Below are positions 23,590 to 38,428 of a DNA stretch of 64,000 nt, one piece after another. The stretch's first letter is position 1. Every line of letters begins with the position of its first letter. This DNA comes from Proteromonas lacertae (Eukaryota). The notes under the pieces were generated by a model. The model was not told where the DNA came from, did no database searches, and saw only the letters and a program-made list of their open reading frames with translations. The stretch is taken from NCBI GenBank assembly GCA_002245135.1, contig NGBS01000872.1, positions 434,001 through 498,000 on the forward strand, read 5' to 3'. Made by a program: the position numbers and the translations under genes.

Positions 23590-25891
23590 ATGAATTATTT
23601 CCCATTAATAGAAAATTCATCTTTATCGACCAGTATTTATTATTATTTATGGAGAAAATCAATAAATAACATCTCGTGTCCAAATATTATGTTACCAGAT
23701 ACTGTGATACTTCAAGATGGTGTGCCGATAATATGGCTCTTTCATTCATCAAAAACAGGACAAATAATGAAGAAGAACAGAGATAATCTGAATTCTCACA
23801 CAATACTATTAGAGTTTACTAAAAATAGAAAGCTAGTAAATAAAAAAGGATGCGAAACAGTGATTGGTGTATTATATTCACCTTCAACAACAAATGGAAA
23901 ACAATCCATAACAGTGGAGTATTTAACTTTTTCTGGTATTAAACATTTGTTCAATACTGGTGGTAAGCTTCGAAAGTGTATATTACAAAAGTATATAGAG
24001 CCAAGAGGTGATAATGAAGAAGTAATAAGAGCAATTTGGTCTCCAACAATCTGTTGTATTGATAAACGAAGGAATATAAATAAAATATACAACCCTCGAC
24101 TAAATATCTACCAAAGATTGACTACCTATGAAGGTGCTAGAAGTATCAGTGAATTAGTGTTAGTAAAAGGTCCACTAAGCAGAGCAATAGAAAGATCATG
24201 TGATAGTATCGCATCTCATATTAAATCTGTTACTACTTTATTAAAAGATGCACATAATGTAAATAGAATGACTGTATATTTCAAAATGCATTCTTCAGGA
24301 ATTCCAATTCTATTATATGCTCATTCTTTTTCTGTTTCAAATCATTTTTTGAGAACTCCTACTACTGGTTCATCATTTTCATCAATAGAACAACCAATCA
24401 TTACAATACCTGATGAATATAGACAGTATTACTCAATTAGTGAAGAAGATTCTACATTAAAAGGTAATGATGATATTGTAGTTTGTTGTGACTGTAATCA
24501 ACCAATATTTAATAATAACTATGAAGAAATTCCAGTGATTTCAATAATCAAAAGATTTAATGATATGTGGTCAAGTGATGTAGAATATATCCAACCAATT
24601 ATAACTAATAATAAGTTAGTTTCTGCACCAATACCTCAGCCATGGCCAGAGTTTTCAAGAAGAGGAATTCCACCACCTTTGAAAACACATATTCCAGGAT
24701 TGACTTATGATAGATATAATGAATTAAAAAGAAATAATAATTTCTTATTGTCTACTATAAGAATGTGTAGTAAATGTTCTTCAAATTATACACAATTATA
24801 TTGTAAAAGTGACTTAGAAAAATCCAAAATTAATAAATCTAGTATGAATGTTATATATATATATATATATTATTTAAATAGATTTACAGTTGAATATGAA
24901 TAGATGTAGTATGTTAAAGGAATTAAAACATGTAGCAGATCATGTAGAATTATTATATCCAGAAGGAATAGATGAAAATGAAGAAGTACAACCAGAAATA
25001 CTTCAACAACCACCATCTCCAATAATATTAGAAAATAAACCGCCAGTAAGGAATCTTACATTAAAACCACAAACTAGTAATAGTAATAGTAGTTCATTAC
25101 AAACTACTCCAAAGTTGAAGTTGTTAATTGACTGTCAAGATGATTCTGTTCCTGTAGCACCAAAGTCTACTACTCATAGATTATTAAGTGTAATAAAATA
25201 TCCAACTCCATCAATCAATACACCAAAATCATCCTCTAAATTTGATTTTGATTGTATTCCATTTGATAATAATTTATCTAAATCTAATCATAATACTCCA
25301 CTCAATAATAATAATAAATTTACATTTAATGAAGAAGATATTACTGTTAATCCAATTACACCTATTGAAACTACACAATATTCCTCAAACAACAGTAATA
25401 GCAATTCAAGAAGAGTATCTTTAATTGATTCTACAAGAATATCTCAGAATAGTAATGATATAAAGATGTTCAATAGAAAATCAATGTTTTCTATTAAGCA
25501 TACAGATTATAAACCTGTTAGACTGTCAGTTATTAGTAATGAAATTAATTTGGATGATTTAAAAGAACCGCAACGTATATATTGCATATTTCTTTATGTT
25601 AATTAGATCCAAATCCTGAACTATTATTAAGACAAGATGAAGAATTGTTTGAGGAAAATGAAAATAGTGAGGATGAAGAATTAGTTAAAGTAGAATCTTT
25701 TCCATCTTCGTTTGGACCTGTATGTAGGTTTTGTTCTATATTTTATAGAGACAACCGAAAAAGCCAGAATATATGAAGTCTTTGAAGTTATCTCATCGTC
25801 AGTATATAAGATATTATAATTTTTGTATAGAAATAATAGAAGAGGAAGAGTTTTGGTAGATCGTAGTAATTTATTTGCTAATAAAACATAA
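23590..25891 (+). CDS. Conserved hypothetical protein with CxxC pairs and low-complexity C-terminus
   Basis: A long first exon (MNYFPL...LQKYIEPRG...CCDC...CSKC) is followed by four short GT-AG introns leading to TAA at 25889-25891. Confidence 0.7.
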
Positions 25892-26010
25892 TTTAATTTT
25901 TAATAATTGATATTTTAATTTTATGAATATGTTATATGTACTGTTGCATTAGATGAAATGCTACTGTAAAAAATTCAAAAAAGAATTGATTGTAACGACT
26001 ATATTTCAAA

Positions 26011-26513
26011 ATGAAAGTATGTAATAGCGAAATAGGAGAGAGAGGGTATAAAATGCTTTTTATTTTTAATGTAGATTGGGAAGACTTATTGTTGAGAATG
26101 ATTTAGCTGATATGACAATCATATTAAATGGAAGAACAGTAAAATGCTCAAGGAACATATTAATAATAGGAAATTCTACACTTGCTAAAGAGATTAGAGA
26201 TGAGAAGTTTAATGATATTTTACGCTTGTATGAAGGATGCAATCTAGAAGCATTTCTAGAAGTAGAAAGATATTATGGAGGTGGATTCATGAATATTGAT
26301 GTTGATAATGTATGTGAAATTTTAAAATTTAGTGTTTACTATAATGATGATAAAATTTATAAGATCTGTTATAAGTATATCAAAAACCATTTAGACAAAA
26401 AACTGTTAGTAGAGATCTTTAATATAACACACTTAATAAATTTCCGTAAATGTGATTTATATGAAATATCAAAGAGCACAATTATGAGTAATGTATTTGA
26501 TTTTATTAAAGAT

Positions 26514-26553
<40 letters not shown>

Positions 26554-28281
26554 ATAATCTATAAAATGATTAGATAATTGTTTTTATTCTTTAACATTTA
26601 ATAGTTTGTGCATATTACTAAATTCACAACAGTTAATAATAAAGAATGAAACATGGCTGTTAGAAAGACTCATAATATGGAATAATAAATATCAACAAAA
26701 ACTAGAAGCAACAATGATAAAGAACGAAGAAGAGGAAAAGGTACAAAGAGATGATGACTTTGTTTATTCTTTGGAGAAATTTATTGATTTAATTTACAAG
26801 AAAGTGAATTTGAATGAAGTAAATTGGGAATGCATAAAAAGTAAATATAGCGGTTCATTACAAGAGTTGATGTTAGATGATTACAGTGGAAGCAGAAATC
26901 ATTTGTGTATTAACTTTGAAGATTTGGATCAAAAATTATTGAATATAATTCAGAAATACTATTATGATGAAAGTATTTATACAATTGAGAGTATATATAT
27001 TGTTGATATTCTTTATAGATAATGATTTAAATGACTTATATTTGATTGATGTTAGTAAAATAGAAAAATTACTATTTGAAGAAGATATTAAAATCATAAA
27101 AATAGCATTATTAATAATAATAGATACTAAAAGTGCAATTAAGATTGATGTAACTACAAAATATCAATTAACAGCAAGGTTATGTTTAGATTATAATAAC
27201 AATAATCAATTATTAAGAACTGTAAAATGCCTTACTTATTTCACGAATGAAAAAGAATTTATTTACTATATTTATAATTTATGTGTTAATAATGAAATTG
27301 TATACAAAATATTACACTTTTATGATATTTTATCAAAAGAATCTAGAGAATTCTTAATTGATTTTTTGAAACAGAATGGTAAAATTAAAGAAGAATTAAT
27401 CAATAAATATATTTTGAAAGATGTCATCATTGATGAAATACAAAGTATATAGTTTTTAATATATTATAATTATAGATAAAATTACTAAATTTTCATATCT
27501 TTCACCATCGTATTCTTTTATTATTGGAGAAACAATATCAATCAAACCAGAATGTGATAGTCAAAAATGTGAATTTACTATTACTCCAAACCTTCCTGAG
27601 TGTATGAATATAAATAATGAAACAGGAGAAATATATGGAGATATAACAACTGAAATGAATGATACTGAATTTTTAGTAAAATGCTCAAATTTATGGAATG
27701 AAAAATACTTCAAATTATCAATAGAATTGAAGAATGTTGTGTTTATTGATAACAAATACAGTGATAAAGATTTAGAAGAAATAAAGTATGCAGAGATTAC
27801 TAAGGATGGAAAAGCAATAGAACAAAAGAGTGATGAGGTATATTCTCGTCGTTGGTTGAATATAAAGATGAATGAAGGAGTGTATCAAATCAAATATTTG
27901 TTTAACTGTAAAAGTAAAAAGAACAAATTATTAGTTGGAATTTCAAATTGTGGTGTATGTTATGGAGATGTTCTATATATTAAATCGAATAAGTGCTGTT
28001 ATTGTAATGATAGATGTGATGATAAAAATGTAGCTGGCTCATTATGTGATATTGTGGATGAAAATCCCAATATATTTAATCATGGAGATGGATCTATTTA
28101 TGAACTTATTATTGATATGCAGAACAAACAGTTTTGGATAAAACATAATAATGCTCAACCAATTCTCATTGCAAAAGATTTCTCTCCACCAATTTACACT
28201 TTTGTGTCTTTATATTATGTAGATACATCTGTAACATTAATATCAGTTATTCATAAAACAAAAATTACAGAAATAAAATAA
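26011..28281 (+). CDS. BTB/POZ-BACK protein with putative Ig (He_PIG-like) and SPRY/B30.2-like domains
   Basis: BTB: ADMTIILNGRTVKCSRNIL. Ig: FTITPNLPECMNINNETGEIYG. SPRY-like end: YELIIDMQNKQF...IYTFVSLY. Short introns join the ORFs. Confidence 0.75.
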
Positions 28282-28309
28282 TTAATTGTTCTAAAATTTG
28301 AATAATTGT

Positions 28310-30620
28310 TTATTTATAGTTATAAAGAATTAATACTAGCTTATCAGCAAATGTTTTTATATTTCCGCTGTTATTCTTCGAAATATACTTCAATTCAGAT
28401 TGAATGTCAAAATTCAAAATAGATACACGGTCTATATAAAAATAAATCATAATTGTATAATATATATACAATTATAAGTAAGTCTATATAAGCAATCTAA
28501 TACCATTTCCAACAATATCAAATCTTTTGTGTTTAAACAGTTTATCAATTCATTCACAATTTGATTCTCATTCAATACTTTTAAATCATAATCTGAATCA
28601 CTTCCAAATTTCAAAATACATCTTAAACTATTCTTCTTCACCTCTATATTAGGTAAATTAAACACTTTGATAAGCAATTCGATAATCATTTTCTCTATTT
28701 TCACTTTATTCATTATATCATTATTGTTACAAGATATATTACATAACAACTTACAGACATAACATATCAATTCATTATTCATTTTATTAAAACACTGTAA
28801 CACTGTAGAAATATTGGCATTACTCTTTAATATTACTAATCTATTAGGTTCATAGTTATAAGTAAGACAAATTAAACATCTACAACTTTGGATGTTTAAA
28901 TCAATATCATCATTTCTTAAATACTTTAAAAATATGTCAATTCCATTATGTTCATATATCAATTTCTGATTTTCAACTATATATTATAATAATAATAATG
29001 AAATATACCTTTATTATTAACCAAATTGGATAATAATTTACATATTTCTACTTTCAGTTTTGTATTATCATTTGAATTATCCTGTAAATGGCTTAACAGA
29101 TTTAATATAAGATTTGGATTTGTTATTTGATCTTTTATTGTTTCAGTTCCACTTAAATTTAATAATATCTTCATAGCTTGTATTCTTAATTCTATTCTCT
29201 CTTTCTCAGTACTTATCTTCTTGGATGAATTACTTAAATCACTTGTCTTTGTTTCATTAAAATCTTCTTTCTTTTCTTCTTCTTTTCCTTCTTCATAATC
29301 TTCTTGTAATGAGTCTACATCTTTTCTATCTTCTATTAACTTTAAAAACAATTTTATCCCATTCATATCTAATATTTTTGGTTGAACAGATTCTAAATAA
29401 AATAAATAAATAAATTACAAATAAATACTGATCAATGACAACTTCTCAATAATTCCACAAATTGGAATAAACAGCTTATAACAATCTTCTTTTATTCTTC
29501 TGTTCAATATTTCCATTAATTTTGTTATTATTTCTTTCTTTACTAGTATCTTTACTACACCTTCATAACTTGTCATTGTCCATAAAGCACTACTGCTCTG
29601 AATCACTAATTTATCACAATAACTATTCATTATATTCTTTATTAAATATTCTATTCCATTATTATCAAATATTGCTTTACGGTTCTTTTCACTATCAAAG
29701 CCTAACTTCCATAACATATTACACAATTTAATATGACATTCGTTTTGATTGTCTTTATTCTCATCTGTAATATTGGTGCAATTTTGACACATTATTTCTA
29801 CTCCATTTAACTTTGATATTATCTTTCTATTCTCTCCTTTATAGCTATAATTGAATAGATTCTTTAATAACAATATTTTCAGTGAATTTTCATCTACTCT
29901 TAATCCTTCAACATATGGAGTTAAACTATTCTTCTCGTATAACACAGAGTTATAATTTGCTATAATAATCAATATATAAATATAAATATAAATATTTCAT
30001 ACTTTGTCCATCAATTGTTGATAGAATTCCATAGCAATAAACTTTCAATTCATTTGAACTATCTTCATTCATCATATTGTCGTTAATTAGAGACTTTTTA
30101 CTTTCATCAATGGCTTTAATCAGAGATTCATCCTTTACAATAAGATTATACACTGATTTATGACAGAATAATTGTAATCTTTTATTCTCAAGATCCAACA
30201 GACTTAATCTTAAATCAATTCCTTCTTTAGATAATATTTCCCTGTTTATTTCATTCTCTATTTTCGGTAATGGGAATTCTAAATCTTCAATTGAAGGAGA
30301 TGGTGTTATTCCTCCATTTATATTTGCATTATTAATCATAGATAATATTGAATGCTGTTGTTGTTGTTGTTGTGATGATGATGATATTGATGATTGTTTA
30401 TTAGTGGAAGTTGATGGAGTATTTACTAATTCTGGTTCTATTATATTTTAATGATTATTACTATTATATACTTTGAGTGTTATATTGATATAAATAATGT
30501 ACAATATAGTCAAGTTCAGGCAATAATAAACCACTGTTACTATTAAGTATTCTGTATAGGAAATCATCACTAAATATACTCCACATTATATTGATAAATT
30601 CCTCTATTAATAAATAATAA

Positions 30621-30657
<37 letters not shown>

Positions 30658-31893
30658 TGTCAAATTTAAATATTGATAGAATAATTGAATATATCTTTAT
30701 ATCTTTTATTTTATAATTCTCTTTAGCTTTTACTAGTCTTTTTATAACATCAATTTTTACATCCAAACCAACTATTGCATAATAATAATAAACAAATATA
30801 TATATGAATATATACGATCATCTAGTTTAATATCTAACAACTTTGTCATAATCAAACAAATATAAAACACATAATCATCGTTTCTAAACAATTTTAAAAT
30901 ATATTTTTTATAATTTGTAAATGCTTTAACAGTCTCAACTTCACTTTCATTCATTTCATAATCTTTAGGTTCAGAATGTAATAATCCATTGATAATTATT
31001 GTATTAACAGTTAGATTGTCAGTATACTCAAAATAATGTCTTTTATGAACAATAAAATAATCTTTTATATAGTCTTTATCACTACAATATAAGAATATTT
31101 CCACTATATCTTTCTCATTTAATATTTTACTATCATATATAGGTTGTAATCGATCTGCTGGGATTGATTTCCACTGAATATGATAACAGAATAGAAATAT
31201 CAATTTTGTCATATCTTGATTCAGTTTCTTAAAGTGATTAATATATTTTAATATTTGTTTATATAGCCAATATTCACTTGGAAGTATTAAATCCTCTAAC
31301 TCTATAATGTAACTAATTATCTCAATTGATAGACTATATAAGCACTCTATTGTTATAATAGCAATAAATGATTTATACCATCTTTAAATAAACTATAACC
31401 ATTCACTAATATATACTCATTCATAACATCCAAGATATCTTTCATTTTATTGTCAATATAGAATTTTATATTTTTAAGCAATGATATTAATATTGTATTG
31501 TTCATACGAGATTTAATAAACTTTGTACATGCATTTATTAAACGTTGCTCTTTGAAATAAAAACTTGAGATGAGTAATTCAGTACAGTTATTATCTCTAA
31601 TAGATGTTCTTTCAAATCCATAATATCCCAGTATTAAACGAAATCCTTCAGATGACAGGTACTCAAAATCGTTTCCAAGTTGTATTGGTTCTTTATTGTC
31701 TGTATGTTTCAATAATATATCTTTCAATACTGGGTTTTGAACAATAAGATATGATCTATTTGCCTGTATAAGAGTTCTGTTGATTTCGAAGGTTACATCA
31801 AATAAATTGTTCTTTTCATAAAGCTGTAATAATCTATATATAGAACAGAATATTATACCCCTCCTTTGGTAGCTCATTCAGGTAATAAAACAT
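28310..31893 (-). CDS. BTB/POZ-BACK protein with armadillo repeats
   Basis: BTB (FDVTFEINRTLIQANRSYL), a polyQ linker, then ARM-like repeats (NRKAIFDNNGIEYLI, EHNGIDIFLKYL). Spliced start is MFYYLNELPKEG|L. Confidence 0.75.
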
Positions 31894-32202
31894 TTTCAAA
31901 AAAATGAAAAACTGACGAGCTTTGGCTTGATATATATTTTTGATGTTTATCTTAAGTAAATGTTTTAATTAAATAATTATTCATTTATATATTTGTTGAA
32001 GAGAAGAAGAACTAAACAACTTTAATTAGAAAATAATGCATAACACATCTATTTTTATGCTCTATCTATAGACTGAAGTAATTAACAATCTATTCAACTG
32101 TTTTTTTAGTCCAAAGTTACTTAGTTCACTCAAAATATTAGAAACACAATTAAAGTGTTTGTTTGAAAAAATTCCCCAAGAAATACCATAACTGTCATTG
32201 AA

Positions 32203-35200
32203 ATGTTTAGTATTTCTGTCAATCTTGTTTTTATTTTTTTATTGTCAATTTCAGTTGTTTGTACCGATTCAACCAATCATGTGGTTAGAAGATTAGACTC
32301 AGAGGTTGATTATAATGATGAATTAGGAAAATTCTACTATCCCATAACTTATATAAAATTACCAGAAGAACAAGAACAGACATTAACACCTGCAAACACA
32401 AAACCTGGAGAAACGTATATATTTCTTTTATAAAGTGTGTAGTTACACTGTAACAAGTAGTATAAGCTTATCAGCTGAAGAATTAAGCATTGACAAATCG
32501 ACTGGAGTTATAAATATTAAACATATGCAAACATCAACAAAAGGTGAAGTAGCAATTACAGTGACATCTTCAAGTGAATATAAATTTGCTTTTGTAGTTG
32601 ATTTCTTAGAATCTAAATATATGATTGGTGCTACAACACAATTTCAAACACCATATTGGGCTAAAGGATGTCCTGTTCCACATAAAGATGATACTCCACA
32701 AAATGGTATTAAAATATCAACACCAATAAATATGTTCAAAATGGATCAAACATTAGATGATTTATTGAAAGTTGTAGGTATAACAGACGATTCAACAAGA
32801 TTTATGTACATAAATATTACTGGGTATATATATACAAGTATAATATATTTAGTTTTATAAAAGTTGATAATAATGCTTCATATACATTCTATATTCAGTC
32901 TATATACAATGCACAAATTGAAGTAGATGGTAAAGTTATTGTTACAAATTTTAATACTTGTCCAGATAAAGACCAAGAAAAAGGTGGTACTGTTGAATTA
33001 ACGAAAGGCTATCATGAAGTTTTGTTACATGCAGTAGGTGGTATTACTCAAATGGTAGAATTTGACGGAGTGGAAAAAGAAGTAGGAGGATGGGGATTTG
33101 ATTTTAAGTATCAAATAGATAATGGAGAAAAAGATCATATTACATTATATTATTGTATTTATTAAGTGTATATTATTATATTTATAGTGCCAGAATATAC
33201 TTATGCACATTCATTAGTATTTTTCAAATCTAGTTATGCTTGGGGTTTGGATGTTTTACAATCAATTGAATTTACAGTAAACGATGCAGCAGAATGTAAA
33301 ACTGAACCACCATTACCTGAAGGAATTGAAATTACTACAAAAATGATTACTGGTACTAGTAAAGAAACATTTACTAAATCATTTTTAGTTTCATGTTTTT
33401 CAACTCATTCAACTACTAACCAATTCAATGTTACAATTGATGTTACTGATGTGTTTTTACCTGGTTTAGTTGGATATTATATGAAATATGATATGTATAT
33501 TTCACCTCCAAGATCGTCTATGCCAAAGAGAAACGATGCTTCTTCTCATTTAAAAGTGTTACGTATTGAAAGTAATGTAAACAAAGAATATAATGAATTA
33601 CCAACTGTTTGGAAAGGATTAGGAGCTGATTTCATTACTCAATTTGGAGTTCATTGGGAAGGAGTAATAAGATTCCCTAAAGCTGGGGCTTATTCCATGA
33701 AATTAACTTGTGATGATTCTTGTTATTTAAAAATAACTAAAAGATATGAATTAACAGTCTATGGTGGTGGAAATGTGACAAGAACTGCAACACATAGAGT
33801 AAGTGAAGGAGATAGTTTAACACAATATATACTATTGGAATATTCACAATTCAAAGGAGCTTCATTGTTTGAATTTTTAATTAAAGGACCTGATGATGAA
33901 GACTTTAGATATCCTGGTGATTTATTGTTCTATAGTATATTTTATAGTATTTATTATTGAATAGATCCACCTGGCAAACTTCAATATACATATATTGTTG
34001 CTGTTTATTCAATGAATGTTGATCTTCCATCTTCAAATAAGCCAATATTTAGTGGTATTGATATTACTGTTAATAAACCAACATTCACAATTAATAAAGA
34101 ATTGCCTAGAGGTATTAGTTTAAATTCAGAAAGTGGAGATATTGAAGGAAAACCTTTAGTTTCTTCAAAAAGAGACGAATATGTCATTACTGCTGAATTT
34201 GAGAATCATGAATCACTTAGTGTTGAAATATTTATTACAGTTGAAGATGTTAAACCACCAAATGACGTTTACTTTTATAATCCTGTAACTAATGAAAAAT
34301 ATACTGAAAATACACCTGGTAAAGTTCATTTAGGATCTTATGTTAGTTTACAAGCAAGTGATGATTCGGAAAGTGTAATTGCTCAATACTTTTATGAAGG
34401 AAATTTACCAACAACATCATTTGATGAAGATAAAGCAATTTTATCTGGAGTAATAACAGAATTAGGTGAATTTACTGTATCTTTAATGGGATCTAATGGT
34501 GCTGGAAGTGATACAAGTAATATTAAAGTTATTGTTGAACAACCATGTAAAACAGGTGAACAAAACATTCTATTTTCTTTATCACCAAATGTTTTGAAAT
34601 ATGAATTCTCTGTAGTTGATGGAACAGGAAAAACTGTAATTGCTCCAATTGATATTAGTCAATCTTCCACATGGTATTATGAAGTTTGTATGCCAGAGAA
34701 TAATGATTATAAAGTGAAAGTATGGAATAACATTCCTCATGATTTAACTTATTATGTTAATGTTTATTCTAATGGTAAACATATTATAAATGGAAGTAAT
34801 CGTGGTAGTACAATAGATGGTGGTGTAGATGAATATAGTTTTAAGACAAGTATATTATTATTCATTCTCTATTTTGTATAGCATCTGTCCCTTCAACAAT
34901 CTCTTATAGAACATCAGATTTTGTATGGGAACAGTATACATCAGCTACTGAATCTCCAGTTTATTATAATACATTAGTCAATTTTAGAATAACCCCTTCT
35001 CAACTACCCAAAGGTGTTTCATTTGGTTCTGATGGTTATTTCATTGGAGTTACTAGAGATACTTATCCAAAAATGGAATATAATATTACAGCAGAAACGT
35101 TAGATGGAGATATTGTTAGATTGCCAGTAACTATTGAAGTTCTAAAAACATGTATGATTTTATTTAATACATTTTATTATAGCATGTTCAAGACATGGAA

Positions 35201-38200
35201 ATTCATTGATTCGTGTTAATGCTTATGTTGAGAAAAGTCTTTATTTAGTTTATATGTATATGACAATTAAAGATCAATCAAACACAATAGTAATGGAAAT
35301 TACAGGAAAAGAATTAGAAAAGGATTTAGATTTTTATGCATGTGTAACTCCTGGTGATTATAAATTACACTGTGAAAGTCCTTCTGTTAATGGATATGGT
35401 TGGGGTGATAGTTATATGGATGTATTTTTAGATGATGCTCCAATGGGTCATTGTAGTATTGAATCTGAAAGTGAAGGTCCTATTACATACGATACTACAT
35501 TACATTGTATATTTTATATGTTTTATGTATATGTTAATAGTATCATACAATATTGATATCAATACTGAATGGGAATATAGTTCAAAATTAGAACAAGGAT
35601 GGAATACCAATTCATTCGCAGGAAGATGGAATAAAGCTAAGATTGAAAGCATTCCAACAGAGGGAAATAGTTTGTACTTAAGAAAGTTAATTCCTATTCA
35701 TGATGTTGATACTTTTTCAGCTTTTTATAGTCGTTTTGATATAATGTCTGGTCTAATCTATTACATTAATGGAAAGGAAATGGGGAGAGTAAATGTTCCA
35801 GCGTATATATATAAATAATAATAATTTGTCTTAATAGAGGTGTTTTATCAGATTCTCAAAAAGCTACTAAATCATTCTCTTCTTTAACACCAGTTTCATA
35901 TGTTTTACCAATAGCAATGTTTGAAAAACAAGAAGCATTAGTGTCAATAGAATTGCATAGATATTCTGATACAGAACAGTTCAATGCAATTGCTCTTTAT
36001 ACAGTTGATCTTAATGGAGATGGTATATTTCTTTTATATAATATAAATAGATCAAGAATCTTGTACTCGTTTACACTCATTTGGTAAAGTTTCTTACATT
36101 GATCCACCAGAAGCGAGCGCTATGACAAGAGCTGATTTTGCAATGGATTCTCAAGTTGGTACATATTATCAAGGTAGAATAGCGTCAATGATAGGAGAAC
36201 AACCATCTATGAAAATCAGTTTTGGTGAAAATAGATATGTATTTATCAATAGATTTATGTTTGTCGGAGGAATGAAATCTCAATATCAGCAAGGTCCAAA
36301 ACATATAGAATTTTATGAGAAAATACCAAGTGGTTATTTCAATATTGGTAAAATGGATATTCCTGAACCAAAAGATAGTAATGAAATTGTAAATACTGAT
36401 ATTTATGAGAATGATTATTTAACTAATGAATTACAGGTCAATTTTACTGCGTATGAAGGTCAATCATTATTTAAAATATATGATATTATGCCAGGTGTAT
36501 GTCATATTTTCTATTGTATGAAAACTGATTTGTTACCATATACTGAAGGAGGAAAGAATGTGACAATTGGATGTGCAGATGGAGCTGCAGGAGAAAGAAC
36601 ATTCTTATGTCCAACAGGTAAGAATCCACAGTGGAGAGAAATAGCTAACAATTGTCCAGTAGCACCAGTAATCTTATCAAAAGTCGATAGTTATGATTTT
36701 GAAATTGGAAAAAGTGAAACTGTTACATTATTTACATATAGTGGTTTTATAAAATCTATGTCTATATCACCAGGACTTCCATCATGTATTAAACAGCAAC
36801 CATTTTTATATGGTGTTTATAAAGCTGAAAAATGTTATGATGAATTAATTCCAACAAATTTTTCATTTAAAATTTCAAATGATTATGGAGATCAAACAGT
36901 AGTTTCAAAATTATCAATAAAACCAACTGATAAACCTGTAATTGTGGATCCTGTTTCATCTTATGTGTTTTATATAGGATCAAATGTTGAAGTTAATTTG
37001 TTTAAAGTATTAGGAGCATCTTTAACTATATCAGTTGAACCAGCCTTACCAAAGGGATTATCGTTAGATCTTTATACTGGAAAAATATCAGGTTCACCAG
37101 TTGAAGAATTAGAAGAAACAAATTTCTTATTTTCTGTATCTAATAATGTTGATAAAGTGGTAATAAGTATAAAATTGAGTGTAGCAATAACAAATAAACC
37201 TGTAATAATTGAAGCACCTGCTGAAAAAACAACTTTCATTTATGGATTTACATATAGTGAATTACGTTTATATAGAGTAGTAGGAAAAGAATTAAAATAT
37301 TTCATAAATAGTGGTAAATTACCACAGGAATTAAAGATAGATCAATCAACTGGTAGAGTGTATGGTAAAGTTACTAGCAAAGAAAGTGGTTCATTTGTTG
37401 TTGGAGTATCATCAACTAGTGGTGAAACAGTAGAAATGACAATAAATTACGAAATAATCGAATCAGATAAACCATTTGTAGTTGAAACTAAAGAAGAGCA
37501 AGTATTTGAATTTGGTACTGAAATCAAAGATATGAAATTATTTGATGTTGCAGGAGATAATATTACATTTAGTGTAATTCCAGCATTACCAGAAGGATTA
37601 GTATTGGACGAAAAGACTGGTCTTATTTCTGGAAGTGTAAAAGCTAATACTGGTAATAAGATGTATACATTTTACTTCAAGAATGAAAAAGGATTAGAAA
37701 GTTGTAAAATTTTATTATCATTCAATATCCCCATTGTTCCAGTTATTCTAAAATATGAAAAAGAAATGACTTTTATGAAGAATATTAACATTGAATCTAC
37801 TACAATTCTAACTGTTACTGGAAATGGAGATATGAAATTTAGAGTAACACCAGATTTACCAGTTGGAATGAAATTGAATGAAATTACAGGTTCAGTATCT
37901 GGAAAACCCATTGAAAATAGTAAAAAAACATATGTATTTACAGTTTACAATAGTTATGGTAGTAATAATGCATCGGTTGTTATAGAAATTATAACAATAT
38001 ATTGTGAAGCAGAAGGTGAATGGGGTAAAACAGAAGCTTTAACAAACAATTATGTAGGATGTAAAACAGCTTATAGTGGTAATAGATATAGATCTTGTTT
38101 AGTTACTGATAAAGGTACTGCAGTATGGGGAGGTATTATTGATGATTGTAGTATAGAAACTGGATTGATTGTTGGACTTGTAATAGTTGGAATTGTTGCT

Positions 38201-38317
38201 GTAGCTTTGATTGTTTTAGTTGTTATTTTCTGTATTTATCGTAGAAATGCAATTAAAAAGATAAATTCTGATAAGAAGAAAAGACAAATTACTAGTGATA
38301 AAGGTATTCATATGTAA
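32203..38317 (+). CDS. Large type I membrane surface protein (~1950 aa): signal peptide, PA14 domains, multiple putative Ig repeats, two Cys-Trp HRM-like modules, TM helix
   Basis: Nine GT-AG introns of 28-35 nt give one frame. PA14: FGVHWEGVIRFPKAGAYSMKLTCDDSCYL. Ig repeats: PALPxGLxLDxxTGxISG. TM: LIVGLVIVGIVAVALIVLVVIFCIY followed by RR. Confidence 0.85.
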
Positions 38318-38428
38318 AAGAGAGAGAGAATAGAATTCATTTCTATTATTATACTTATAAATATAATATTAACACATTATTTTTTATTATAAAAACAAAA
38401 CAATTAGCAACAAAGAAATCTAAAATAA

